The notes under the pieces were generated by a model. That model saw only the letters and a list, made by a program, of their open reading frames with translations, did not search any database and was not told the DNA's origin. From an uncultured Gammaproteobacteria bacterium (lineage in GTDB: Bacteria; Patescibacteriota; Microgenomatia; UBA10105; UBA927), in NCBI GenBank assembly GCA_964449585.1, contig CAYUZE010000002.1, positions 116,833-180,832 of the forward strand: DNA of 64,000 bases, in the 5' to 3' direction. Position numbers and translations under genes: made by a program. The first letter of the stretch is position 1. Each line of letters starts with the position of its first letter. Of this stretch, positions 1-9,452 are shown piece after piece.

Positions 1-59
1 TCGATCAGTTCGTAGTCCTTCCAGTCGGAACAAACGGCGATTGTCATGGAATTTTCCAT
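1..59 (-). CDS. 5' end of a probable class I SAM-dependent methyltransferase (runs off the window)
   Basis: Minus strand reads MENSMTIAVCSDWKDYELID. WKDYELID is a typical N-terminus of RlmI/YwbD-like methyltransferases. TACAAT lies 6 nt upstream of the ATG. Only about 20 codons are visible. Confidence 0.55.
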   Translation of the reverse strand, partial: MENSMTIAVCSDWKDYELI

Positions 60-95
60 AGATAGATTGTATCATGGGGAAATCGGTTTTCCTTC

Positions 96-1067
96 ATGAA
101 GCATATCTTTTCTTTTTTCATCGCATTTACCCTCGCTCTCTGTGCCATCGGATTCGGCGTGTGGAATACATTGGGACCGGTAAGTCGCGTTGCCGAACAA
201 TGGGTGCTCATCGTTCCACAACAGAATGCCGAATTTGATGTGCCCGCAGAGCTCAAAAAGCTCGGGCTTATCAAAAATGAAACTGCTTTTCGGTTATTTA
301 TGGACATTACCGCGGTGGGGAAGTCCGTGGTTCCGGGAGGGTATAGACTCAATACGTCTATGCCCGCATGGGTCGTCGCGGAAAAAATCACGGATACCCC
401 GCAGTTTTTCTGGGTAACCGTGCGCGAAGGACTTCGGAAGGAGCAGATCGGTGAACTCTTGGGCACGACGCTGGGGTGGACCCCGGAACAGGAAAACGAA
501 TGGAACAACTATAACGCCGATTCTGCCGAATATCGGGAAGGGGTGTATTTCCCCGATACTTACCTGTTGCCGACCGATGAACCCGTACAGCTTGTGGCAA
601 AACGGTTTCTGGATAACTTCAATACCAAATTCGCGCCGTACGTCGATAAATTTACGGCAAAAAATATCAAATGGACGACGGCGCTAAAAATCGCATCGCT
701 TATCGAACGGGAATCGGGCGGAGATAGCGACAAGGCGCTTATCGCGGGCATCATATGGAAACGGCTGGACATCGACATGCGGCTTGAAATCGACGCGACG
801 CTTCAGTATATACGCGGCAACAGCGAGGACGGCTGGTGGCCGAGAGTGGTCCCGCAGGATAAATACCTGGAATCGCCGTACAATACGTATCGCAATAAAG
901 GACTTCCGCCCGGGCCCATCTGTAATCCGGGGCTTGCGGCGATTGAAGCAGTGCTCAACCCTGAAGAAACGGACTGTATTTTCTATCTCCACTCATCGGA
1001 CCGGGAGATTCACTGTGCTGAAACCTACGAAGAGCACCTGGAGAATATCGACACGTACCTTCGGTGA
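96..1067 (+). CDS. mltG: Endolytic transglycosylase MltG
   Basis: N-terminal TM; motifs EGVYFPDTY, ASLIERE, LEIDATLQY, SPYNTYRNKGLPPGPICNPG. Confidence 0.93.
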   Translation: MKHIFSFFIAFTLALCAIGFGVWNTLGPVSRVAEQWVLIVPQQNAEFDVPAELKKLGLIKNETAFRLFMDITAVGKSVVPGGYRLNTSMPAWVVAEKITDTPQFFWVTVREGLRKEQIGELLGTTLGWTPEQENEWNNYNADSAEYREGVYFPDTYLLPTDEPVQLVAKRFLDNFNTKFAPYVDKFTAKNIKWTTALKIASLIERESGGDSDKALIAGIIWKRLDIDMRLEIDATLQYIRGNSEDGWWPRVVPQDKYLESPYNTYRNKGLPPGPICNPGLAAIEAVLNPEETDCIFYLHSSDREIHCAETYEEHLENIDTYLR

Positions 1068-2015
1068 TTAGGCGGGTAAGTGCGTAAATACTTCAATCAG
1101 GAAAAACGCGATATAGAGCGTAAATAATCCCAATGCCTCAAGGCGTGAAATAGTGTGCTTACTTTTGGCAAAGATAAAAAATAAGACCAGTCCCACTATC
1201 AGAAAGCCTAAACTTACCGCGTAACTATTGTTTAACATAATGGATTTTCCGTGCCAGAGCGTAAGGATGCCGTAAAGGAAGGAGTTAAATGATGCCGAAC
1301 CCAGGTAATCGCCGAACGCCACCTGATTACTTTTCATAAAGAGCGAGCGCACGATCAGGGAAAGTTCCGGCAAGTTGGTGCCGATGCCGATAACCATAAG
1401 ACTGATGAAAAAATCCGAAAGCCCCAGCAGGGTAGAAAAGTAGTGCGTCTGATTGACGACCATCCAGCTTGAGGCGTAAATGATAAGCGATCCCGCGAGC
1501 GTTTTGGAAAATTCGGTTGCTACCGACAGATTTTTGAAAGTGGCGTACGTCGCTACGTTTTTGACAAACCCTTTCCGCCGTTCCAGAACCAGTGCCGATA
1601 GTGCAAAGAGCGTAACCGCAATGATGGCATCAATACGGCTTACCATGCCGTCGAACGACAGTAAGACCGGGATAGCGACAACCACGAGTGGGAGGATGAG
1701 ATGGCGGCCGCGTACTTCTTTGTTTATGGATATGGGGTGCCCCACAATGGCAAGGAGGGGAATCACCATAAGGAACAGCACGATAGACGCACCGATAAGA
1801 TTTCCCACGAAAATGTCAGGCTGACCCGAAAGCACGGCGTTGACTCCCACCGATACTTCGCTAATCGAGGTAAAAAATCCTAGCACGAGAAACGAAACGA
1901 GAAACGAAGAGAGTCGGAGTTTATGGGCGATTTTCTCCACCGCCCGTATGGCAATACCCGCACCGAACCATATACCGGCAAATCCCAATGCGTAGAGTGC
2001 AATATGACCGAGCAT
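1068..2015 (-). CDS. Sodium:calcium antiporter (CaCA/YrbG family)
   Basis: About 10 TM segments; alpha-repeats FFTSISE...GNLIGAS and GTNLPEL...GDYLGS. Confidence 0.85.
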   Translation of the reverse strand: MLGHIALYALGFAGIWFGAGIAIRAVEKIAHKLRLSSFLVSFLVLGFFTSISEVSVGVNAVLSGQPDIFVGNLIGASIVLFLMVIPLLAIVGHPISINKEVRGRHLILPLVVVAIPVLLSFDGMVSRIDAIIAVTLFALSALVLERRKGFVKNVATYATFKNLSVATEFSKTLAGSLIIYASSWMVVNQTHYFSTLLGLSDFFISLMVIGIGTNLPELSLIVRSLFMKSNQVAFGDYLGSASFNSFLYGILTLWHGKSIMLNNSYAVSLGFLIVGLVLFFIFAKSKHTISRLEALGLFTLYIAFFLIEVFTHLPA

Positions 2016-2054
2016 ACATATCAGTGTAGCAAATTGTATGAGCCGGACACAAAA

Positions 2055-2693
2055 TTAACGCACGGACGAAGCAATGGTGTAGTTAGTACAACCTGAACTT
2101 GTGTTGCTCAATAAGTTTTTTTGGATAGCCCCATATTCTTCCGCGGAAAGCGGTGTATTCCATTTTTCGGCCGAAAGTACGGAAAAATCTTCCGGAAGAA
2201 ACGAAAAACATGAATTGAGTACGGCGGAGTCGTTAAAAAGAGTAACGAGTTTGCCGATTCCCTCGCCACTTCCCGCGCCGTTTGTATCAACGATAAGAAG
2301 CCGATACCCGTTTTCGTCTTTCCAGAACCGATAAATCGAGTGCGCTGATGCGGATGAACCCGCCTTATCCTTTACCGTCACCATTGTTTGCCAGGTACCC
2401 TGATTGTTGCACCGCAATTCCGACCGGTCATCAAGCATATTGGGATTACTGCCATACGTATTCATATTTCGTCGGGAAAAAACGACACATGAGGCAAACG
2501 CATCTTCATTCGTCTGGACGTTCTTCTGCATTGGCGTCGACGGGGTAGGGGTAGGTGCCCCTTCTGTATTTGCGGGAACCACCGCGCTTTGTGGGACCGT
2601 TGATTGTATCCCCGTGGTATATCTCAATGCCCCAAAAATTATGGCAATTACCAGGAGGATACCTATGAGAAAGGTGCGGGTTGTTGAATTCAT
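2055..2693 (-). CDS. Hypothetical membrane-anchored protein
   Basis: 212-aa ORF with N-terminal TM, PT-rich linker and a Cys-containing extracellular domain. Confidence 0.7.
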   Translation of the reverse strand: MNSTTRTFLIGILLVIAIIFGALRYTTGIQSTVPQSAVVPANTEGAPTPTPSTPMQKNVQTNEDAFASCVVFSRRNMNTYGSNPNMLDDRSELRCNNQGTWQTMVTVKDKAGSSASAHSIYRFWKDENGYRLLIVDTNGAGSGEGIGKLVTLFNDSAVLNSCFSFLPEDFSVLSAEKWNTPLSAEEYGAIQKNLLSNTSSGCTNYTIASSVR

Positions 2694-2742
2694 ACACGCT
2701 GATTACCGGATCCATTCCGAGCTCACTTGCGGCGTCCACTTG

Positions 2743-3150
2743 TCAGTTGCTTATTCTGACAAGCTTCCCCCGGCGTTTGACGATGTTTTTATAATCCCAT
2801 TGAATACGAATTGATTTTTTTATCCACCGCATCAAATCCCTCACATCGATCTGATCGGGTTGCGTATAAATTATCGACGCATCTTTAAATTTGCCGGTCG
2901 TGGGGGTGAGTGCTGGCTCATCAAAATCGGCACCGCTCCAAAACATCAGTTTTATGCCTGCTTTCAGTATGCTATAACCGACGATCGGATTGCCATCGAG
3001 AAACCACACGGGGCCGCCGTGCCATATTTTAGATTCCGCATTCGGCAAAGTGTGATAGATGGTTTCCTTGAGAAGGACGCAAATTTGCCGTTCGTTGCCG
3101 GACTGTAACCGATTGTATGCGTCGATAGTTTTTGCGGTTGTCGTGCTCAT
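2743..3150 (-). CDS. DUF1801 (YdhG-like) domain protein
   Basis: KIWHGGPVWFLDGNPIVGYS...LMFWSGADFDEP...QWDYKNIVKRRGKL pattern; start uncertain (3150 or 3162). Confidence 0.8.
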   Translation of the reverse strand: MSTTTAKTIDAYNRLQSGNERQICVLLKETIYHTLPNAESKIWHGGPVWFLDGNPIVGYSILKAGIKLMFWSGADFDEPALTPTTGKFKDASIIYTQPDQIDVRDLMRWIKKSIRIQWDYKNIVKRRGKLVRISN

Positions 3151-3285
3151 ACTGATCTTCACTCAGCATATAGTACCAGGGTCGAAAATGGTAGGGCATG
3201 CACAAAATATTGTTTTTCCATTTTTATTCTTTCACCATATATAACAAGCGATAGAGGGAAGACCGAACGCACGTTAAACTATAGT

Positions 3286-4098
3286 TTAGTTCACGTCATG
3301 AAAGTATTCATACGGCGTGAGAGAAATATAAAACCACATCGGAATCTGTTTTATCGGTACGCTTTTCATAAAAGAATTAAATTGACTTTTATACGCATAT
3401 ACTGTCCGAATTTTCGCGGCTACCCCCGTTACACCGATCCAGACGCGGAAGGTAGGCGGCTTGCGGCTTTTAAGAAATTCCTGATTAGTTGCCATGTGCG
3501 TGGGAAGGGAGAGTTGGTTAAATAACTTTTCGGGTGTGGAGGTGTACCATAATCGGATGTTTGGAAAGTCAGTCTTGAGTAACGAGGTAACAATCCGGGA
3601 TACCAGCATGTGATCGGGATGCCCGTACCCTCCTGATTCATCGTAGGTAATAATCAAATCGGGCTTATATGTTGCGATTTGTAGCCGTACATACGTTGTA
3701 AGCGCATCTTCGTGATCCGCCAATTGATTATCCGGAAAATCACCGAACGATGGCGGATCTATCTTGAGAATTTTTGCCACGGTTTCCGATTCTTGGGTTC
3801 TGATGCGTTTCAGGTTGTCATCCGGATGTGCGTCAGCAGTGCCGCGTTCTCCCCGCGTCAATATAGTCCAATTAATTTGCGCATTATTTTTTGCGAAAAG
3901 GGCAAGAGTTCCGGAAAGTGATTGCGCTTCATCATCGGGATGCGGAAAGATAACCAATATGTTGGTGTAGGTAAAATTGTCGGCTGATTTAATTGCTATT
4001 GAGAAATCGTTAGCCTGGATAAAACCGTATATCCACAACCCTGCGGTAAAAAGGAGGGGGAATACTACCAATAAAATACGTATCGTTTTTTTCAACAC
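3286..4098 (-). CDS. PIG-L/LmbE family deacetylase with N-terminal TM
   Basis: PHPDDE, LTRGERG and GGYGHPDH motifs. Confidence 0.9.
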   Translation of the reverse strand: MLKKTIRILLVVFPLLFTAGLWIYGFIQANDFSIAIKSADNFTYTNILVIFPHPDDEAQSLSGTLALFAKNNAQINWTILTRGERGTADAHPDDNLKRIRTQESETVAKILKIDPPSFGDFPDNQLADHEDALTTYVRLQIATYKPDLIITYDESGGYGHPDHMLVSRIVTSLLKTDFPNIRLWYTSTPEKLFNQLSLPTHMATNQEFLKSRKPPTFRVWIGVTGVAAKIRTVYAYKSQFNSFMKSVPIKQIPMWFYISLTPYEYFHDVN

Positions 4099-4196
4099 AA
4101 TGAGTTAAGTATAGATTATCCGTGGATGATCTTGGTGTTGCGGCAGAATCGATGATTTGCTCATTTTCCTGAAGTTACTTTATAGGTAAATACGCG

Positions 4197-4634
4197 TTAT
4201 TTCCACGCGTCAAACGCTTCAAACATCTTCAGTCTATCAGTATTTCCGTCATAGGAATTACCAAACCACTCGTCAAGAATCGCAAAAACGGTTTCTCTGT
4301 CAATCTCCCAGCCGGGTATACACAAAACGTTGCACTTATCGTATATCTTTCCCCATTTTGCGATTTTTGGCTCATTGGCTAAACACGCCCTGATGCCTTT
4401 GAATTTGTTTATACCCACCTCGACGCCGACTCCCGTGCCGCAAGACACAATGCCGCTATTTTCCGGTTGAGAAAGCACTTGTGAGGCGACTTTTGGAAGA
4501 AAATTTTCGAGTTTATCGTCGGTTTCGCTGTTTTGAACACCGAGATTTTCAAACGCGATACGTTTTTCCGTCAGATATTCGGTAACATACCTTATCGCAG
4601 AGTACCCGTGTTTATCGCCGGCGATATATATCAT
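4197..4634 (-). CDS. rpiB: Ribose-5-phosphate isomerase B family
   Basis: IYIAGDKHG, CGTGVG, NKFKGIRA, CNVLC. Start moved to ATG 4634 because the longer ORF overlaps tRNA-Gly. Confidence 0.88.
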   Translation of the reverse strand: MIYIAGDKHGYSAIRYVTEYLTEKRIAFENLGVQNSETDDKLENFLPKVASQVLSQPENSGIVSCGTGVGVEVGINKFKGIRACLANEPKIAKWGKIYDKCNVLCIPGWEIDRETVFAILDEWFGNSYDGNTDRLKMFEAFDAWK

Positions 4635-4655
4635 AGGATTGTAATTTCCAATCGG

Positions 4656-4726
4656 AGCGGGATAGGGGAATTGAACCCCCTTCTCCACCTTGGGAAGGTG
4701 GCATACTACCGGTGTACTAATCCCGC
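4656..4726 (-). tRNA. tRNA-Gly (CCC)
   Basis: GCGGGATTAGTACACCGGTAGTATGCCACCTT-CCC-AAGGTGGAGAAGGGGGTTCAATTCCCCTATCCCGCT folds as a cloverleaf. Confidence 0.95.
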
Positions 4727-4785
4727 GACAGGGAGTCCCTGGGAGGAATCCCTTTCTTATATGCTATCGTAATCGAACGAGAAAA

Positions 4786-5334
4786 TCACGGGAGCAGTAA
4801 CACGTTCCCCGTAAAAATCATGTTCGGTTCGGCGATATTGTTTGCCTTTGCAATCTCGGTCCATCGGAAGCCCGTTCCATATACTTCAACGGAAATATTC
4901 CAAAGCGAGTCACCTTTTTTGACGGTGTATTTTCCGTCGGCAGGGCGCTTGGTTTCCACCATGGCGTTTGCGATCTGACCGGGTTCGCGCTTGGCCACTT
5001 TCGGAATAGTAAGCTTCTGACCGACTTCGATAACGTCCGCGCTCTCGAGGTTATTTGCTTCCTTGATGTCCACCCAGTTGTATCCGCTACCGATCGTTTT
5101 TGCGGCGATACTCCAAAGCGTTTCACCGGCTACGACGGTATAGGTGCTCCCTTGGGCGGATGCGGTTGCATTAGCTTCCATCTTTTGTTGTTCCGTCTTT
5201 GCGAGGTTTTCGGGCTGTTTTTCGCGAAGGTAATTTGCGATCATGACTCCTACCACGATAACGACCGCGGCTCCGAGGAATAACGAAACGATGGAATCGG
5301 GATTGCTCAGTTTTTTCTTGAGTTCTTCTACCAT
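4786..5334 (-). CDS. Membrane-anchored protein with two LysM domains
   Basis: TM followed by YTVVAGETLWSIA...IEVGQKLTIP and YTVKKGDSLWNIS...IFTGNVLLLP; GGAGG upstream of ATG 5334. Confidence 0.92.
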   Translation of the reverse strand: MVEELKKKLSNPDSIVSLFLGAAVVIVVGVMIANYLREKQPENLAKTEQQKMEANATASAQGSTYTVVAGETLWSIAAKTIGSGYNWVDIKEANNLESADVIEVGQKLTIPKVAKREPGQIANAMVETKRPADGKYTVKKGDSLWNISVEVYGTGFRWTEIAKANNIAEPNMIFTGNVLLLP

Positions 5335-5375
5335 TATGACAATTTCCTCCATTCCAGGCAGAGATGGGGACTGGG

Positions 5376-5450
5376 CGGGACCGAGGGGACTCGAACCCCC
5401 GACCTCCTCCTTGACAGGGAGGCGCTCTAACCAGGCTGAGCTACGATCCC
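5376..5450 (-). tRNA. tRNA-Asp (GTC)
   Basis: GGGATCGTAGCTCAGCCTGGTTAGAGCGCCTCCCT-GTC-AAGGAGGAGGTCGGGGGTTCGAGTCCCCTCGGTCCCG cloverleaf. Confidence 0.96.
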
Positions 5451-5454
5451 TTCA

Positions 5455-5561
5455 TGGACGGGAAACGACGTTTCCCTTCCAACCTCCCTTCCTACCAAGG
5501 GGTTGCGACGGCTCTCACCATCCGGCACTCCGTCGCAACTATTTTACCCCGATAACGAAGG
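5455..5561 (-). ncRNA. Candidate structured RNA motif in the tRNA-Asp 5' leader (copy A)
   Basis: 10-bp stem (5502-5511/5530-5539) and GGGAAAC/GTTTCCC hairpin ending in TCCA; homologous to 36047-36148 with compensatory changes; -10 TATAAT at 5618-5623 (minus). Confidence 0.65.
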
Positions 5562-5667
5562 TCGACTTTTGTTATAGTCTTTTTCCGCTCCTCTTTCCGC
5601 TTGCTAATCGTTTTGACATTATAATTCATATTTGAGGGTAGTACAACGAGTGTGATACGCTTGGCTT

Positions 5668-7455
5668 GTGCAAAAGGATCGTTTGACGAATCTAGAAATC
5701 GCGGAACTCCTTCGCAAAGTAGCGGCGGCATACCTCATATTGGGGGAAAACAGATTCCGTATCATTGCCTACGAACGGGCGGCGGACAGCATCGAGCACT
5801 TAACCAGCGAAGTGAAAGATTATTGGGATGACAAAAAGCTTGAAGAGATTCCTGGCGTGGGCGGGGGGATAGCAAGTAACCTTGATGAGCTATTCAAAAA
5901 CGGCAAATCCACCCATTGGGAGTCGGTATTGGGTAAAGTCCCCGAAGCTATCTTTCCGTTACTTCTTGTTCCCGGGATAGGTCCCAAGAAAGCATACACT
6001 TTGGTGACCCATCTCAAATTGGAGAGTGCTAAAACCGTCGTTGATGATCTGGAAAAAGCCGGCATAGCGGGGAAAATAGCCACAATGGAAGGTTTCGGTG
6101 AAAAATCGCAATCCGTGATTCTCGAAGCAATTGCAACATTCCGCAAAGGAGCGATTAAGGAAAACCGTATGCCGCTTCCGTATGCCGACCAGGTTGCCCG
6201 CGAAGTTATGGAGCATATCAAAACAGGTGGCAATGTCATTCGCATTGATGCATTGGGAAGTCTCAGGCGGCAGGTAGCGACCATCGGTGATATCGATATT
6301 GCCGTTGCTACGAAAAAGCCCGAAGCAGTGCTCGAACAGTTCCTGGCATTTCCGCATCAGCGAGTGATTGATCACGGCCCTCGTGGGGCGACGCTCCTTC
6401 TTGCCAACGGAAGACAAGTGGACTTGCGGGTGCAGACGCCGGAAGCGTACGGTGCCATGCTTCAGTATTTTACCGGTTCCAAAAATCACAACATCCAACT
6501 GCGGTCACTTGCCCTCGAGCAGGGATTGTCTCTCAACGAGTATGGGATCAAAAACGTCAAAACCGGCAAAGTCACCGAGTACAGTACGGAGGAGGCGTTC
6601 TATAAAGCGATCGGTCTTTCCTACGTGCCGCCCGAATTACGGGAAGACAAAGGAGAAATCCCCGCCGCAAAAAAACATGCGCTTCCTGAGTTAGTCGAAC
6701 GGGGAGACATGCGGGGAGATTTGCATGTGCATTCGAGTTATGACTTACAGTCATCCCACGATGTCGGAAGAAATAGCATCGGTGAACTACTGACGCAAGC
6801 GGAACAACTGGGATACGAGTACATCGGGTTCTCCGATCACAACCCGCGGGGTAATCAATCCGAGAAATCTATAGTGGACATTATGAAGCGCCGAAAGGAA
6901 ACATATGAACAACAATATTCCTCGTGGATGAATCGTGAAAAGAGACGGGTACAATATTTCCTCATGTGTGAGGTTGATATACAGCCGGACGGGACGTTGG
7001 CACTTCCCGATGAAGCATTTGCGTATGTCGATGCCGTAATCGTCTCGCTCCATTCGTCGTTTGCCCAACCGCGTGACGTCGTCACCCAGCGATTGATTAC
7101 CGCCATGACGCACCACCCGAAAGTGCGCATTGTCGGTCATCCGACGGGAAGACTCCTGGGGAGTCGTGAGGGGGTAGATGCCGATTGGCCTGCAGTCTTT
7201 GAAGTCGCCAAAAAACATGACATAGCACTGGAGATTAATGCCTATCCCGACCGACTGGATTTACCCGACACATTGGCCTATGACGCGGTTCAAAAAGGTC
7301 TCAAGTTTTCCATCGATACCGATGCCCATGCCGCCGAGCACATGTTGCTTATGCCGTATGGGGTCTCGGTAGCACGGAGAGGATGGGTGACAAAACGTGA
7401 CATCGTCAACTGCTTAGACTATAATAAATTTAAGGCCTGGTTATTGAAATCCTAG
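5668..7455 (+). CDS. polX: DNA polymerase X family with PHP domain
   Basis: HhH motifs, GSLRR, GDIDI, VDLRV, YFTGSKNHN; PHP motifs DLHVHS, SDH, DTDAH. Confidence 0.95.
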   Translation: MQKDRLTNLEIAELLRKVAAAYLILGENRFRIIAYERAADSIEHLTSEVKDYWDDKKLEEIPGVGGGIASNLDELFKNGKSTHWESVLGKVPEAIFPLLLVPGIGPKKAYTLVTHLKLESAKTVVDDLEKAGIAGKIATMEGFGEKSQSVILEAIATFRKGAIKENRMPLPYADQVAREVMEHIKTGGNVIRIDALGSLRRQVATIGDIDIAVATKKPEAVLEQFLAFPHQRVIDHGPRGATLLLANGRQVDLRVQTPEAYGAMLQYFTGSKNHNIQLRSLALEQGLSLNEYGIKNVKTGKVTEYSTEEAFYKAIGLSYVPPELREDKGEIPAAKKHALPELVERGDMRGDLHVHSSYDLQSSHDVGRNSIGELLTQAEQLGYEYIGFSDHNPRGNQSEKSIVDIMKRRKETYEQQYSSWMNREKRRVQYFLMCEVDIQPDGTLALPDEAFAYVDAVIVSLHSSFAQPRDVVTQRLITAMTHHPKVRIVGHPTGRLLGSREGVDADWPAVFEVAKKHDIALEINAYPDRLDLPDTLAYDAVQKGLKFSIDTDAHAAEHMLLMPYGVSVARRGWVTKRDIVNCLDYNKFKAWLLKS

Positions 7456-7471
7456 CCGAAAGGAGTACTTC

Positions 7472-8026
7472 ATGAACATGTTATGGATCGGTATCGGAGT
7501 CGTTGCTCTCGTCCTCATGTATTTTTGGTCGCTGTATAACGCGCTTGTCACCCTAAAGACGCAAATTGAAGAAGCATGGAGTCAGATTGATATCCAGCTT
7601 AAGCGTCGTGCGGATTTGATCCCGAATCTCGTTTCGACGGTCAAAGGCTATGCCAAACATGAAAAAACGGTATTTTCCGAAGTGACCAAGGCACGAAGTG
7701 CGCTTATGGGTGCCAAGTCGCTTCACGACAAGGCGGAGGCAAGCGATATGTTGACCGGCGCTTTGGGCAAGTTATTTGCCGTTGCGGAAGCGTATCCGCA
7801 GCTTAAGGCAAACGAAAACTTTACCCAGCTTCAGAAAGAATTATCGGACACTGAGGATAAGGTGGCTTACAGTCGCCAGTATTACAATTCGGTAGTCAAT
7901 GACTATAACATCCGTATCCGGATGTTCCCGAACACACTCTTTAACGAGATGTTGGGATTCCATGAGAAGGAATTTTTCGCCGCAGGAGAGGAAGAGCGAA
8001 AAAACGTGAAGGTAAGCTTCGAGTAA
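7472..8026 (+). CDS. lemA: LemA family protein
   Basis: AWSQIDIQLKRRADLIPNLV, EAYPQLKANENF; SD AAGGAG. Confidence 0.95.
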   Translation: MNMLWIGIGVVALVLMYFWSLYNALVTLKTQIEEAWSQIDIQLKRRADLIPNLVSTVKGYAKHEKTVFSEVTKARSALMGAKSLHDKAEASDMLTGALGKLFAVAEAYPQLKANENFTQLQKELSDTEDKVAYSRQYYNSVVNDYNIRIRMFPNTLFNEMLGFHEKEFFAAGEEERKNVKVSFE

Positions 8027-8029
8027 GCA

Positions 8030-8929
8030 ATGACACTTTCTTCAGCGATTCAGTCGAATATCACGAAAACCTACGTGATCATGACCGTCTTTGTGGCGTT
8101 TGTCGTGCTTATCGCGTATGTATTCGGCCATGCATTAGGGTACGGGAACAGCTTCATGTGGTTTGCCGTCATTTTCTCCGTGATCTCGAGCTGGGCAAGC
8201 TACTACTGGGGAGATTCGCTTATCCTTGCCATGTCCAGTGCCAGACCTGCAGATAGGAAGCGCGATTTCGATTTCTTTACCGTCGCGGAAAATCTCTCTA
8301 TGGCGGCGGGTATTCCCAAACCGCGGCTCTATGTGATCGAAGACACCGCCATGAATGCGTTTGCCACGGGGCGCGACCCCAAACACGCGATTGTCGTGGC
8401 AACGACGGGAATTTTGTCACGATTAGATAGACGAGAATTGGAAGGCGTTATCGCTCACGAACTGTCGCACATCAAAAACTATGATACGCGACTTATGGCG
8501 GTGGTTGCCGTGCTTGTAGGCACGGTTGCCTACCTTGCCGATATGTTCCTTCGCTCACTTTGGTGGGGAGGGGGAAGGCGTGATCGGGATGAGGATCGGG
8601 GGCTTGCCGGTATTCTGATGATAGTAGGTATTGTCCTTGCCATCCTTTCGCCGATTCTCGCAACGCTCATCCAAATGGCGGCTAGCCGCAATCGCGAGTA
8701 TCTTGCCGATGTTTCAGGCGCCAAACTGACAAGATACCCAGAAGGACTTGCCCGGGCACTTGAGAAACTGGGACGTGACAAAGAAGTGTTGGAAGCGGCA
8801 ACCAATGCCACCGCACATCTTTACATCACCAATCCGTTTAAAGGCAAAAACTTCGGCGCATGGTTTGCCAATGCCTTTAACACACATCCGCCGATCGAAG
8901 ATCGCATCAAGCGATTGAGAGCACTCTAA
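8030..8929 (+). CDS. htpX: M48 family zinc metalloprotease HtpX
   Basis: NAFATGRDP, AHELSH, SRNREYLAD, THPPIEDRI; follows lemA. Confidence 0.95.
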   Translation: MTLSSAIQSNITKTYVIMTVFVAFVVLIAYVFGHALGYGNSFMWFAVIFSVISSWASYYWGDSLILAMSSARPADRKRDFDFFTVAENLSMAAGIPKPRLYVIEDTAMNAFATGRDPKHAIVVATTGILSRLDRRELEGVIAHELSHIKNYDTRLMAVVAVLVGTVAYLADMFLRSLWWGGGRRDRDEDRGLAGILMIVGIVLAILSPILATLIQMAASRNREYLADVSGAKLTRYPEGLARALEKLGRDKEVLEAATNATAHLYITNPFKGKNFGAWFANAFNTHPPIEDRIKRLRAL

Positions 8930-8933
8930 GTGT

Positions 8934-9413
8934 ATGGATACGCACACCACCCTTGCCAAAGGACTTCTTGCCACATTTGCGGGCTCCAATGCCGTGAAGA
9001 ATGTTACGCGCGGCACCGTGCATCTTACGGGTACGGAAACAACGGACAATGATGCGACCTATATCGACCAGTGGCTGGTGAAACGAACGGGAGCAGGGCA
9101 GGAAATCGCCGTAAATGGCGGGGAAGCCAGCGTTCGCAGTTATGCGGGAGGGATTGTTCCCGATACCATTCTTTTGCCACTCGGCATTACGGCAGAACAG
9201 GTCATTGCCACGCTGAAATCCATGTTACAAACGCTTGGCGACAAAACGCGGCTTACGCAAACCGTTTCTCCCGTTACCGATGGCGATTGGGAGTACCGTT
9301 ATACGGTTGCCGACCGTTACAACGACGTGGCGCTCACCATCGGCGTCGAAACGATTACGTACAAAGCAACCGTCGTTTTTGTCCATGCGTTTTTGCTGGC
9401 AGACGTGACGTAA
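8934..9413 (+). CDS. Hypothetical protein (DUF5680-like)
   Basis: YIDQW...GQE...SYAGG and EYRY...GVETITYK...VF pattern; family assigned from memory only. Confidence 0.55.
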   Translation: MDTHTTLAKGLLATFAGSNAVKNVTRGTVHLTGTETTDNDATYIDQWLVKRTGAGQEIAVNGGEASVRSYAGGIVPDTILLPLGITAEQVIATLKSMLQTLGDKTRLTQTVSPVTDGDWEYRYTVADRYNDVALTIGVETITYKATVVFVHAFLLADVT

Positions 9414-9452
9414 TATTTGCCTCACCTCCCTCCGATGCGCGATAATCAGGCT

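Noticed and set aside
5455-5561. tRNA-leader motif as a pistol or hammerhead ribozyme, or a canonical T-box
   Set aside because: AAAUAGUUGC recalls pistol, but P1, P3 and the cleavage-site GU are missing. There is no CUGANGA core and no UGGNACC bulge, specifier loop or terminator.
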